A stretch of DNA of 42,773 nucleotides from Octopus sinensis (GCF_006345805.1 NW_021835051.1:1-42773); one strand, 5' to 3'. Shown: positions 25,458-38,030, counted from the first letter of the stretch. The notes: generated by a model not told the origin, from the sequence alone. Numbers and translations: made by a program.

Positions 25458-25636
25458 AAACTCTATGGAGGAATACTAAAGAAAGGAAACATAGACAAAT
25501 ACAATAATTCACGATCGTTGAACTGTCAGTATTCTGCGAAGAAATAGGACCTCTGCTTTCAAAGAGATGTATTTTCAGTTATATCTAGTATACCTTAAAT
25601 AGGTACGCTAAAACACATATATATGACTGATGTATA

Positions 25637-25815
25637 TCACAATCCTGTTACACGGATATTATCATTCACTGGAACATAAGTGATGCCTGGTTGCTTGCCT
25701 TCTAATTTCATTGGTGCTTTTATAGGTTTTTCCAACTGAAATATCTGTAAGATTTTTGTAAAAGTGATGAAAGCTTCCGTATTAACCAGTGTCACTCCTG
25801 CACACATTCTTGGAC
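25637..25815 (-). CDS. CYP gene B terminal exon 8b (distal duplicate)
   Basis: Same acceptor ctgctttatttgtag; (G)PRMCAGVTLVNTEAFITFTKILQIFQLEKPIKAPMKLEGKQPGITYVPVNDNIRVTGL*; 179 nt, in frame with exon 7; use in mRNA not shown. Confidence 0.8.
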
Positions 25816-26259
25816 CTACAAATAAAGCAGATGTTACAAATAAAACGATATACATACACATGTGCTAACATGTGATAAAATTTGAATATATTTACCCGCA
25901 CACACAAACACACACACACATACATTCACACACATACGTACGCACACACTCACACAATACATTTATAATTAAAATGTAAACATAGGTTCATTGAACAAAT
26001 TTAAATATCACAGCCTTTACATTTCACTATTAATATTTATTCATCGTACATAAGGACTATGAGCCTGAAAATGTTTTCGAGCAGTAGTCAATGCTGTATC
26101 AAAGCTGATAAGCCGTCATTGACTTTAGTTTAGGTGTAAATATCTTTCCTTTGTGAAGTCGAACAAACTTCTCTTCATAGACACACACGTCCTGATCAAC
26201 GTCAGACGTCAGAAATCGATTTTCATGAAATAACAACCAAGGTTATTGAAATACGCGTG

Positions 26260-26695
26260 GCGCCTTCTGAAAAAATTTTGACCACAAATTTTGAAAACAT
26301 TTTTGAAAAAATTTTAACGAAAATTTTCTAGAAGAATTTTCAAAAAAAATTTAAGAAAAATTAAAACCCAAATTTAGAAATATTCTTGAAAAAATTTTGA
26401 CCAAAACTATCAAAAAAAAATTTTCAAAAAATTAAAAAATATTTTGACCAAAATTTTCGAAACAATTTTTGAAAAGATTTTGACGAAAGATTTCAAAAAA
26501 TTTTTTTTTAAATTCGAAAATTTTCGTCAAAATTTTTTCATAAATATTTTGAAAATTTCTGGTCAAAATTTTGACGAAAATTTTTTATAAAATTTTTGAA
26601 AAAATATTGACGAAAATTTTTGAAAAATTTTCAAAACATTTTGACGAAACATTTTTGTTAAAATTTTGACGAAAATTTTCGAAAAATCTTTGTAA
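26260..26695. repeat. Degenerate AT-rich minisatellite
   Basis: Repeated aaaattttgacg/aaaatttt motifs, roughly 10-22 bp periodicity. Confidence 0.8.
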
Positions 26696-26712
26696 AAAGT
26701 ATGTGTTTGTAT

Positions 26713-26923
26713 GCACGCCGGGCGAAATGCGTAACCGTATTTCGTCTGCCGTTACGTTCTGAGTTCAAATTCCGACGAGGTCGACTTTGCCTTTCATCCT
26801 TTCGGGGTCGATTAAATAAGTACCAGTTATGCACTGGTGTCGATGTAATCGACTTAATCCGTTTGTGATTCCTTGTTTGTCCCATCTGTGTTTAGTCCCT
26901 TGTGGGTAGTAAAGACATAGGTA
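26713..26923 (+). mobile_element. SINE between exons 8a and 8b
   Basis: High similarity to 20997-21217 over its length. Confidence 0.85.
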
Positions 26924-27087
26924 TATGTATGTGTGTGTATACATACATACATACATACATACATACATACAAACAAAAGTACCCTGTTGTTGATGTTGAA
27001 ATTCCAATGAAGGAACTTTGGATGTGGGTTAGAAGCCGGCTCTTTCTCTATTGGTAAAAAAATCTTGAAATAAAACTGATAATTGGT

Positions 27088-27355
27088 ATACATACATACA
27101 TACGTGCATGCATTCATGCACACATACATACATATATACAAACGTATATCGTACATGCATGCATCCATCCATACATACATACATGCATAAATACGTACAT
27201 ACATACATACATACATATATGCATGCATGCATACATACATACATACATACTTACATACATACATATATACGTACATACATACATACATACATGCATGCAT
27301 ACATATATACATACATATATACGTATATACATACATACGTACTTACATGCATACA
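27088..27355. repeat. (TACA)n microsatellite
   Basis: Direct inspection; similar arrays at 29905-30028, 31080-31160 and 32545-32705. Confidence 0.95.
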
Positions 27356-27859
27356 CAAGCACTCAAGCTCACGCGCACATTGGCGCGCAACAATGTCTCA
27401 GACAAACGCAGCTTCCATAAAAGACTAAAAATATTCATCGAACATTTTGCAAATAGCAACGAAAGATCTTTGACAAAAAAACAAACAAACAAACAAACAA
27501 AAGCAAAACAGACGATTGACTGTTTAACCAAGTTAAACAAACAATCTATTAGTTAGTTGGATTTCTAACCAATTGACTAATAAAAAAGGACTGGAATCGA
27601 GCCAGTATGTGTGTTATTACTCCTTGCATAATGTCTCTCCCTGGACACAACAAAATTTCTATCAACACACGAATTCACACAAAGAATCTTGCAAAGCCAA
27701 TGCAAAAACGAAATGATAATTTATCTTATAGTTTTATTTGCGTAAATTATACGAAGGAGTGTACACGAATTAGCAACATAAAGAAAACTGTAACTCAAGG
27801 AAATTGCGAAGGGAAAGGAAGACATTTTGTCCACCATATTGCTCGAAATTTTGTCTATT

Positions 27860-27865
27860 TTTATT
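27860..27865 (-). promoter_or_regulatory. Candidate poly(A) signal for exon 8a
   Basis: AATAAA on minus strand about 230 nt after the 8a stop; the hexamer is common in AT-rich DNA. Confidence 0.35.
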
Positions 27866-28090
27866 CTCTATATGTCATGGTACATATCCGCATATATTCC
27901 TATTGATATACCAGCATACATATATTACCATGTGTGTCTATCGAATAATATTGTTGGAGAACTACCAAGAGTGAAAGCATAGAGAAATACTATAATTTAC
28001 TATCGCGGATCTGCCAGTATTCTACAAAGAAAATGTTTCTCTACTTTCCAAAAGATATCTTCTCGCTGTCCAAATTCTGACCAAATTACA

Positions 28091-28269
28091 TCACAATGAT
28101 ATTGCACGGATATCATCATTCGTTGGGGCATAACTGAGGCCAGACATGTTGCCCTCTAGCGTCATTGGTGTTTCGTCAGGTCTTTCCAACTGAAATTTCT
28201 GTAAGATGTTTGTAAAAGCCAGGAAAGCTTCCATATTGGCTAATGACATTCCTGAACACATTCTTGGAC
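28091..28269 (-). CDS. CYP gene B terminal exon 8a (proximal)
   Basis: ctgctttatttgtag|GT CCA AGA ATG TGT; (G)PRMCSGMSLANMEAFLAFTNILQKFQLERPDETPMTLEGNMSGLSYAPTNDDIRAISL*; completes FGSGPRMCSG; 179 nt; absent from the ORF track. Confidence 0.93.
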
Positions 28270-29041
28270 CTACAAATAAAGCAGTAGTTATAAATTAAAC
28301 AACACACACTATGTATGCTAAATATGTATCATATACAAGTGATAAAAATTAGATAAGTCGTCATTGATTTTAGTTAGGTGTGAATATGTTCTGGCTGTTA
28401 TCTCCTACACCCTTTATATAGTCGAACAGACTTCCAGTCATAGACACACACGCCCTGACAATAGTCAGATGTTATAAATGGATTTCCAGAAACTACAACC
28501 ATCCTGAAATTACCCAGTGTATTCAAGCACACGGGATTGCCTTCAAGATGACTGTTAATATAAAGGGAGGTAAGTGTTTCCCATAGCGCGAAGTTATAAA
28601 TTTGAATTTGAAATCGAGGAATCAAGTAATTTTATTAAAAATATGTTATTAAATGAATAAGATAAACAAATCGAGGCTTGCTCACAGAAATAAGGATATA
28701 TCTCGGGAGAAAAAATGACAAAATATTTGTTTAGAGAATAAATATTCTATGTAGCGTATTTAGTGGAACATTGATGCATATTTTGTTGAAGCGATGAATA
28801 TCAATACGCACTTAAATAAGATTTGAAGTAGATTGCTGTTTTATAGTGTCTCATTTTTACTAATGTCAAACCAACTCTGGTGATTCTACAATTCAATAAT
28901 TAAATCTCCCCTTAACATACAGTTTTTAAACAATCATTAGATAGTCTAGCTGTAGATCGAGGCAAATGTTGTGTTGGTCACGACTGGGAACCGTTTGATT
29001 ATAGATATACTAAATCATTAGAATCTATTTACAATACTTAC

Positions 29042-29248
29042 CCGAACCGAAAGGTAAAAAAGCCTCATTTTTCTTTAACTCATTATTTTCATCAATCCAT
29101 CTTTCAGGACGGAATTCCTCTGGTTTATCCCAATAATTCGGATCAGAATGAGCTTCCAATAATAAGAATGAAACGAGAGTATCTTTTGGAATATCATAAC
29201 CTTGAAGAGTTGTTTGAACTTCAGCGGTGTGTGGAGCAGTTACAGAAG
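29042..29248 (-). CDS. CYP gene B exon 7 (meander)
   Basis: ttctag|CT; (A)SVTAPHTAEVQTTLQGYDIPKDTLV...DPNYWDKPEEFRPERWIDENNELKKNEAFLPFGS G|gtaagt; PERF-type motif and FxxG; 207 nt; absent from the ORF track. Confidence 0.95.
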
Positions 29249-29771
29249 CTAGAAAAAAGAATCTTTGTAAATATTTACAGAGCCCAAATTAACGATAATC
29301 TAAATTAAATATGTTACTATGGATATCATAATAACTTTGATGTAATTATTCTGTGACACCTTTATAAGCATTAGTTAATGTGGAGTTGTATTGAACCAAA
29401 AATTTCGTTCCGTAACACTGTTGCTGTAAAATTGGGTATTAAATTAGTCTGTGTTGCAACGTTAGAGATCTGAGCTTATGTAACACTGGATTGACGAAAT
29501 GTTGTAATGTAACAATACAGATTAGAACTGAAAGAGAATTGATCATGTCAGAATGAGTTGACTTTCAGGGATGGTATAACCAACAAAGTTTGAGATTATA
29601 TTACAAAAGTGCTTACTAACAATAAAAACAATGTAATTCACAAGGAAATTTTGCCATTAACACAGGGATGTAAAAGTTTTGGCGCGAATATCATTGGCGT
29701 ACTGATTCAAGATCGATATGAATTACAAGAGATATCGTTGTATTTTGAAAATTGCATGACGGCCTTCTTAC

Positions 29772-29868
29772 CAATTGTCCCAATTCTGTGAACCTCAAAA
29801 AGAGTTGCTGCAACGTATGTCATATGTGGTTTGTCTTCCATTGTAACAGGTCTGGTCCCATTGGTGAT
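29772..29868 (-). CDS. CYP gene B exon 6 (J/K helix)
   Basis: tttcag|ATC; ITNGTRPVTMEDKPHMTYVAATLFEVHRIGTI, ExxR = EVHR; G|gtaaga (phase 1); 97 nt. Confidence 0.93.
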
Positions 29869-30029
29869 CTGAAATAGATAAGCATTCACAAAAGACTTAA
29901 TTCATAATACATGCATACAAACAAACATACATACATACATACATACATACATACATACATACATACATACATACATACATACATACATACATACATACAT
30001 ACATACATACGTACGTACGTGCGTACATA

Positions 30030-30260
30030 CTTATCTCTTTGAAAATCGAAGTAAAAGAGAATATCTATGGACAACTGCTTCGAAATCTCCAGCTTCTATA
30101 TCCAGGCTCTGAATTCATATTCATACTAATAATACTTGGAGCACTAAGTTTTGTTAAAGGAGAATGTGGATAAACTGGGATTTTCAGAGAGAGAAATCGG
30201 CCAGCTAATTCGTACATTACAAGTGCAATCTGTGAGTGGAACTGTAAAAATATGCAACAC
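30030..30260 (+). mobile_element. R4/NeSL-like C-terminal fragment
   Basis: YGQLLRNLQLLYP...ILGAL...LIRTLQVQSVSGTVKICNTFLKF. Confidence 0.65.
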
Positions 30261-30419
30261 TTTTCTCAAGTTCAAATGTGAATTTGTCTATGTTAACTAC
30301 ATCTCAAAGATGGAACCTTGTCTCTTTATTGACATCACCTCCCTACAACCGTTAACAAAGTTACCATTATTGTATTATCTGATATACTAAAACTCTATAC
30401 CACGATCTCGCACCAATAT

Positions 30420-30920
30420 GGACTGGAGGGAATAAGTTTCTGGCTGGAAAAATTCTTTTATGAAATCCCAGACAGAAGTAAAAATGTTTAATTACCAAAG
30501 GATTAAAATTCATCCTTAAAAACAATGTTTTCGAGTTTAATGACAATATTTATGAACAAATATCTGGGACAGCTATGGGGGAAAAAGTCGCCCCAATGCA
30601 AATCTAGTCATGGTATACATGGAGTTCCAGATATATGAACAATGTAACTTAAAATATGGCTTGGATTTCCATAAATATTTACTAGAAAATTAGAAACGCT
30701 ACTTATATGACTTCCTTAAAAGCTCATCGATTCTGTACCAACACGCCGAACAGGAACACGAGGGATCAATCAACAACATAGAAATTAAAATATTGTCCAC
30801 ACATAGAACAGATGCAACAATTAGACAAATTACAGAAGCTACACACATAATAGAAGATAAACCTAGCCTGAATAGGAAACTGGAATGGAACACTAGCACA
30901 CACTACAACATATGACGTAG
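30420..30920 (+). mobile_element. Penelope-like fragment, internally deleted
   Basis: NNVFEFNDNIYEQISGTAMGEKVAP (RT) followed within about 150 nt by a C-terminal-like IRQITEATHIIEDKPSLNRKLEWN. Confidence 0.7.
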
Positions 30921-31687
30921 AGGATCCCCATAAACTGGTTACAATATAAACAAAACCGAAAACATAATAAATAAGATACACAGATAAATAAACAAATAGA
31001 AATAAATAACTACATAAGATTTTTTGTTTAATTTAAAATATTGTTTTTGATTTATTATTATTATTACTAGTATTGTTGTTATACATACATACATACATAC
31101 ATACATACATACATACATACATACGTACATACATACGTACATACATACATACAAGCATACGTAATGATAATAATAAGTGGATGTAAACACATGAACAAAT
31201 AAGAATAAACAAAAACAACAACAACAAAATCAAATTACACGAACGTATATAAACAGAAGATACAAATATTACAGGCCCCTCCCCACACACTAAATAAACA
31301 TAGACGCACATAAAGATATAAGCATGCGCAAATGAAGACATACAATAGAAATACAAAATGGCTGACGGTTAGTAAGGAGAGACACAAATAAGAAAGAAGA
31401 AAACAAAGGACCACTGTTGCGGTCACAGGAGTGTGACGAAAGAACTCTGGCCGAAATAAGATTAAGATTAATGTAAAAAATAAATAACACTGAAGCAATA
31501 TAACACCAAATATATAGTGCGCCTGTTTTTTTTTGGCTAAACTGGCAAAATGACCATTCCGAAATATAACAATATCTGTTTCAACACACAACTTCACATA
31601 AAATATCTTGCACAACAAATATATAAATATACAAACACACACACACACAAACACATATATATATATATCTATCTAAATATATATATG

Positions 31688-31743
<56 letters not shown>

Positions 31744-32302
31744 ATATATATATATTTGTATGTTTGTATGTGTGTGCGTGTGTGTATATGTGTGTGTGTG
31801 TGTGTGTACAAGCATTCATGAAACCATAACTTTTGAATTATTATCGGACACGCTCAATGAAAAAGTGCATGGTATAAACGAAGACGTGTTTTGTGAGGTT
31901 CATACCTGTCAATTTACCCCACCCGCACACATTCACACGCACAGCCGCGTACACACGCACACAAAGAGAATGTACTGTTCGCTTTTTTGTAGCATCAGTA
32001 AATAGTTTTCAGTCCAACTATCGTAAGATATCATTTAATGACGGCAGGAGTTGTACGTGAACTACTTGAAATTTCATACCCGATTAGTGCAATCATCGGA
32101 CAGGCTTGTTTCGCGTATTATACATGATTCAGCGATCTGGCAAGCTCAAACGATATGGCTACTCTGTGAGTAAACGCGAGAAAAATAGCAGAGGGCATTA
32201 AGAAATATTTGAAAGGAAAAGAAAGTATAAAAATTACACAATTAATCTATCTTCTTAAACTCTATTAACTATTAAAACAGGACAAATATATAAATAATTT
32301 AC

Positions 32303-32439
32303 CTGTACAATTTCTTTTCGACACTTCTTCTGTACATCCGTGTATTTGGCCATACAGAGAAAAGCCCAGGTAAGATGGTTAGCAGTCGTGTCGGTTCCAG
32401 CCAGAAATAAGTCGCAAATTGTGTGGAACATATTCTCAT
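32303..32439 (-). CDS. CYP gene B exon 5 (I helix)
   Basis: (D)ENMFHTICDLFLAGTDTTANHLTWAFLCMAKYTDVQKKCRKEIVQ|gtaaat; 137 nt. Confidence 0.95.
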
Positions 32440-32590
32440 CTTCGATGTAGAAATGATAATTAGATTTAAAAGCTTAATAATTTTCTCATAAATTTCCCAA
32501 CTTAATTAAATATATATATATATATATCTATATATATGTATATACGTATTTATGTATGTATGTATGTATGTATGTATGTATGTATGTATG

Positions 32591-32621
<31 letters not shown>

Positions 32622-32946
32622 GTAAGTATGCATGCATGTATGTATGTATGTATGTATGTATGTATGTATGTATGTATGTATGTATGTATGTATGTATGTA
32701 TGTATGTGTGTGTCTGTGTCTGTGCGTGTCTGTGTGTGTGCATATAAAGAAAGCATGTTTGGGAAAGAGAAAATTATATGGATTATTTATTATAGAATGT
32801 TGTTTCTTCAAAATAATTTATAATATACCCTTTATATCTTTTATATTTTATTTCATGATTAAAATAATTCTTTTTGTTGTTAATTTCTGTTATTGACATC
32901 ATTGAAGAATTATAAGAATACAATTAACAGCTCATACAAAACTCAC

Positions 32947-33103
32947 CAGTTAACGTTTCACTGTTTGGTTCCTTCTGAAGCGTCAGCAAATACATATCAA
33001 TGAAATCTCTTATGTTTTCAGCATTAAACGTTTCTTTATGTTCTATGATTTTATCTTTTATGTAACTTTTCACCTTCTCCTGCTTCCTTATAACCTTTTC
33101 TAT
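32947..33103 (-). CDS. CYP gene B exon 4
   Basis: IEKVIRKQEKVKSYIKDKIIEHKETFNAENIRDFIDMYLLTLQKEPNSETLT G|gtgagt; 157 nt. Confidence 0.93.
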
Positions 33104-33581
33104 CTATAACAAGACAGTCAACAACAACAGTAACGTATTTGCCGAATTAAATGTTTTACAATATAACATTTTTTATCAAATCACACTTAATTCTATGTTT
33201 ATATCTAGTTGGAGCTGACTTTCTTATTGAGTCAATAAAAATAAACACAATTATTCACCAATCTAACCACTATAAACCAGTTGGTAATAAAATTCTTTAT
33301 TTCCAAACTACCAACGCCATATAAATTGCACACGGAATTACATTTAATTGTAAGATAAATTATTTATCTTGCATGGAATTGTTTTGAAGTAGCGAGTTAT
33401 ATATTCATATGTACACACACGTACACACATTAGACATTCAGTAGTACAACACAAAAAAACCCAAATATATGGCACACTAGGCATAACAACAACGTGAAGT
33501 TCCAAAATTGTCTCTTGAGGTTTCTGGGTGAGACTTGGAGCCAACTTGTACAGACATAAAGCAAAAGTCAATCATAGAACG

Positions 33582-33644
<63 letters not shown>

Positions 33645-33654
33645 TAATAATAAT

Positions 33655-34090
33655 GTGCGCGTTTAAATTCGGAAAGTTTGTGAGGAAGCCGTTGCCCCAA
33701 TTCACTGACTTTCCCGATGGCACGCAGGTGTCGGTGAATGGTTGATTGACCAGATCCAAGTTACAATGGGATTTTCTTCCACCAGGGTTTGCAGGACGTC
33801 CTCATCGAGCTCTACAGATCTTCCAAGATGAGGCTTGTCTTCTAGGCTTCAGTTTCCGGCTCGGAGTTTCTGGAACCACTGTTGACACTGGCTTACGCTT
33901 ATTTACCGATCCTCATACACTGCATTAATATCCCTTGCCTTTTCCGTTGCCTTCTTGCCTTTACTGAACTCATAAAGCAAAATATGCCAAATATGTCCCT
34001 TTGTCACTTCCGTTATAGATTCGAAAAAGTAACGGTTAAAATCGAACTGCATTCTTTAAAACTTGCATTAAGAATAAAAATATGGTAAAA
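33655..34090 (-). mobile_element. Mariner remnant, truncated duplicate copy
   Basis: Matches 6370-6810; catalytic-domain half missing. Confidence 0.85.
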
Positions 34091-34557
34091 TTGCCATCTG
34101 CTTTTACAGGTAAAATTACAACCTGCTTTTACAGGTAAAATTACTACCTGCTTTTATAGCAAGTTGATGCAGGCAGTTTATCCCTTTCGGCTCTGACATT
34201 TAGTTTATGCAACTGAAAAATCTGCATTATTTATGTTTTTTTTTTTCAATATGTAGACCAATTATAAAAATCTGAAAGACTCTCTCTCTCCTCTTCCCAC
34301 AGCCTAATGAGAGGCGTTTTCAAAACCGTAGGGGTAAAGTCACTTTCCCTACTTAACAGTAATATAGATTTGAACGTAGTATATCCGCTTTCTGCGTTCA
34401 AGGGATGAAATAAGTTAACACGAAATTTCGGCATATTTTTTATCAAGCAATTATCTTCAGAATATTCTTGAAACCTGGATTTGAATTTTTTTTAATATAC
34501 CCTGGATTGTAAAGTTGATTTAATATTCGTAATCTGATGTGAAGTTTTTATACTTAC

Positions 34558-34684
34558 GGGAGAATTCCACCGAAAAAATCTGAGAAGTGGTAAGAAATTT
34601 TCTGGTACAAATATACTAATATATTTGAACACATCTTGAAAATGTTGAACGATCTCCTGAAACTCAGAATCACTGTATTTGATC
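34558..34684 (-). CDS. CYP gene B exon 3
   Basis: IKYSDSEFQEIVQHFQDVFKYISIFVPENFLPLLRFFRWNSP|gtaagt; 127 nt. Confidence 0.92.
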
Positions 34685-35282
34685 CTTCAAAAAGAAATCA
34701 GCAAAACATCATACATTCATAGCATGGCCGCAGTCAAATGACTGAAACAAGTAAAAGAATAAAGAATACACACACACACACATACACACACACACACAAA
34801 CACACACACATATACTTTCAATAATAATAATGAGTAAAATTAATTAATTAATAATTCGGTATGTTGAAATAACCTTTATCGGTAACCTTATACAAAAATT
34901 CTATAATTATAAGCATAATTATAATTAGTATTCAGCAAAATGCTTCACCACATACCGAATAAGAAATAGGAGTTAAATACTATTCTTCTATAATAAGATA
35001 TCTTATTTTTCATAGGTAAAGAGAAAAAATAACGAATCCACACGACTTTGATTAATTACATACGCGTTTCGGGATTAAAGAGATGTAAAATTCATATTTA
35101 CTCACTTATTACCCACTTCAGTGTAGTATTTCACGTATAAGTTTGAAAGTACTTAATAATTAAATACGCATTCGACCAAGCGATATCGAATAACTAATAT
35201 CCAACAAACAGCATTTCCAAATTTATACGGACGAATAACGAATTCACACGTCTTAATTATAGAATTTATATATATATTTAAG

Positions 35283-36612
35283 ATTGATGCCTGTTCACGT
35301 TGAAAGTGGGAGACTTGGTGCACCTGTGCTGACACAGTCAGAACATGGACAGATGTAGCGAATGACCGGTAGAGCGGAAGTGGCGCGAGAGCGGGGTATC
35401 ATTGCCAAATATGATGTCTCGGAGGTGCTCCGCGAACCACTCGGTGAAGCGGTGTCCCTTTTGACCAATGTACAGAGAAGGACAGAGGAAGCAAGTGATG
35501 CTGTAAATAACATTACTAGAGGTGCAGGTAAAGGAATCGGTGACGAATGGGCGAGCCATGAGTTGAGACTGAGTCTCAAAGTCATGGCCGTCACTGCATA
35601 ACCTGCGAAGACAGAGGAATTGGGATTAGGGAATGGAGAGCTTGGTGTGGGTTGGGTGGGAAGTGGAGAAGTTAAGGTAGGAGTGTGAGTCAGTATCCTT
35701 AGATGGAGGTTGCTGACAGAAATGTCGAGAAATTCGAGGGAAGAGTTAGAGATAGTAGAGGAGAATTCGAGGTTAGGCTGGAAGGATTGGACAGAAAAAA
35801 GGAAGGAGTCCAGTTGTTCGCGGGAGAGTGAGGTCACGCCGATACAGTCGTCTATATAATGACCGTATAGCTCGAGAGTGAGACCAGTGAATTGTGAGAA
35901 TATTTGGGCCTCATCGTAGCCAATGGACAGGTTCGCACAGTTGAGGTTCATTCTCGTTCCCATGGCCACTCCGAAACTTTTGGTAAAACTCCACCGCGAA
36001 CAAGAAGTAGCTGAGGGAGTGGAGAAGTTCAACCAGACGTGTGGAAATGTCAGGTTGGGGGTTAAGCCGATGGTCAAGGAAGGGTTTAAGCGCAAGAATT
36101 CCTTCGTTTTATGGGATCACCGTATACCGAGTCCTAATGTCAAAAGTGAACAGAAATTTGAGTGGGTTGAGAAGGGAAGCTGAAAGAGTTAAACAGACGG
36201 AGAGCATGATTGGTATCGTGAATGTGTAAGGAAAGGGACGCTATTAGGGGGGCATGGACACGGTCGAAGTATTTGGAGAACATTTCCGTGGGGCTGTTAC
36301 TGGTGGAGACAATAGAGCGGCCAGAATTGTTAGGCTTGTGAATTTTGGAAATGAAGTAAATAGTGGGTGTGCGTGGGGTACGGACAATGAAGTTGGAGGC
36401 GGTGGGAGGAAGACAGGAGGAGGAAATGAGGTCATGAATAGTGGAAGACACAGTCTGTTGGTAGTTAGGTGTGGGGTTGGAGGGGAGTGGGCAAAAATAT
36501 GAGAGGTTTAGTTCACTGATGATCTAAACCAACGGTACGGTGCGTATGTGCTATAACCGGTCATCCGTGAGGTTCGGTGTTCACAGCTAAGGCTGGAGTT
36601 AGTGATCCGTAG
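35283..36612 (-). mobile_element. Decayed Penelope-like retroelement, duplicate copy
   Basis: Same motifs (GVAMGTRM, YIDD, YIGQ); paralogue of 7850-9185. Confidence 0.9.
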
Positions 36613-36820
36613 TAGGCTTTCAAGCCTGCAGGTATATATTAAAGAAAAATGGAAAAGTAAACCAAGGCAGGACGAGTATCTCAGGTCATTTAGAATATTT
36701 GATTAAAGTGAATCAAAAATGGAGAAATAGAAGTTGTTACTCCGACTCCATTTCTGATTCATCTTACTCTAACTAAATATTCTACATGAGATACTCATTC
36801 CGCCTTGGTTTTATTTTTCC

Positions 36821-36872
<52 letters not shown>

Positions 36873-36960
36873 CAACAATTGAGGGTAAAATTAATTAATT
36901 AATCAATTTCACCAAGTATTCAGTATGCAAAGGGACCATTTAAGGCGAATTCAAATTATT

Positions 36961-37222
36961 ACATTATATAAAAGGGCTTAGTATAATAAATTACTTTGCC
37001 GCATACTGAACTCATTAGAAATAGCAGCTAAAAAAAACTTTTTCAAAACTATTTCCAATACTTAAAGAAAACCTCTCTCATATAGTGTTTGCTCAATTCA
37101 AACACTATATAGTGTTTTCTTTAAGTATTGGAAATAGTTTTAAAAAAGTTTTTTAGCTGCTATTTCTAATGAGTTCAGTATGCGGCAAAGTAATTTATTT
37201 TACTAAGCCCTTTTATATAATG

Positions 37223-37223
<1 letters not shown>
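36961..37223. repeat. Near-perfect hairpin (about 110-bp arms) unique to copy 2
   Basis: acattatataaaagggcttagta...gaaaac / gttttc...tactaagcccttttatataatgt, with a nested small stem in the loop. Confidence 0.9.
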
Positions 37224-37289
<66 letters not shown>

Positions 37290-37612
37290 CATACATACAT
37301 AGACAAATACGGAAGGAATCAAGAATATTTGCATAGATAACTCAGATAGATAACTCAGAGTGACCAATAGCATGTATTTGAATAACATAGACAGAAAACA
37401 GGTATATTAAATATGATACAATATAAATTCATGTTTTGCTAGAATGATACAAGCTTCTAGAAAATGTGTTGGCATTACCAAATGATAATTGAGAACAACA
37501 TCTTAAAAGAAAGGGAGATAAGCTCAAAGAACAAGAATTCTCCATGTATACACCCAAACATACGCATTCACACACCCACGTATATATACACACACACACT
37601 CACATACACACA

Positions 37613-38030
37613 TTCTTTTATTCTCACATTCTTTTACTTGTCTCAGACAGTTGATTGCGGCCATGCAGGAGCACCACTTTGAAGGGTGCTTTAGTCAAAT
37701 AAATCAAACACAGGACTTATTTCTTAAGCCTAGTACTTATTCTATTGAAGTCTTTTGCTGAACCGCTAAGTGACGCGGACGTAAACACACCAGCATTGGT
37801 TGTCGAGTTATGATGGACACACAAACACACACACAGACGCACGCACAAACATACGCACTCAAACACATACATACACACGACGGGCTTCTTTCAGTTTCCG
37901 TCTACCAAATCCACTCACAATGCTTTGGTTGGCCCGAGGTTATAGCAGAAGACTCTAATCCAAGTGCTACGCAGTGGGACTGAACCTGGAACAATGTGGT
38001 TGGGAAGCAAACTTCTTACCACACAACTAA
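37613..38030 (-). mobile_element. tRNA-derived SINE, duplicate copy
   Basis: Paralogue of 9840-10240. Confidence 0.75.

Noticed and set aside
31425-31465. gtgacga...ggccgaaa as a hammerhead core
   Set aside because: First core base mutated and no stem II or III pairing
35295-36095. 266-aa ORF as an intact reverse transcriptase gene
   Set aside because: Mosaic of frames created by frameshifts in a decayed Penelope-like element; only the central part is RT
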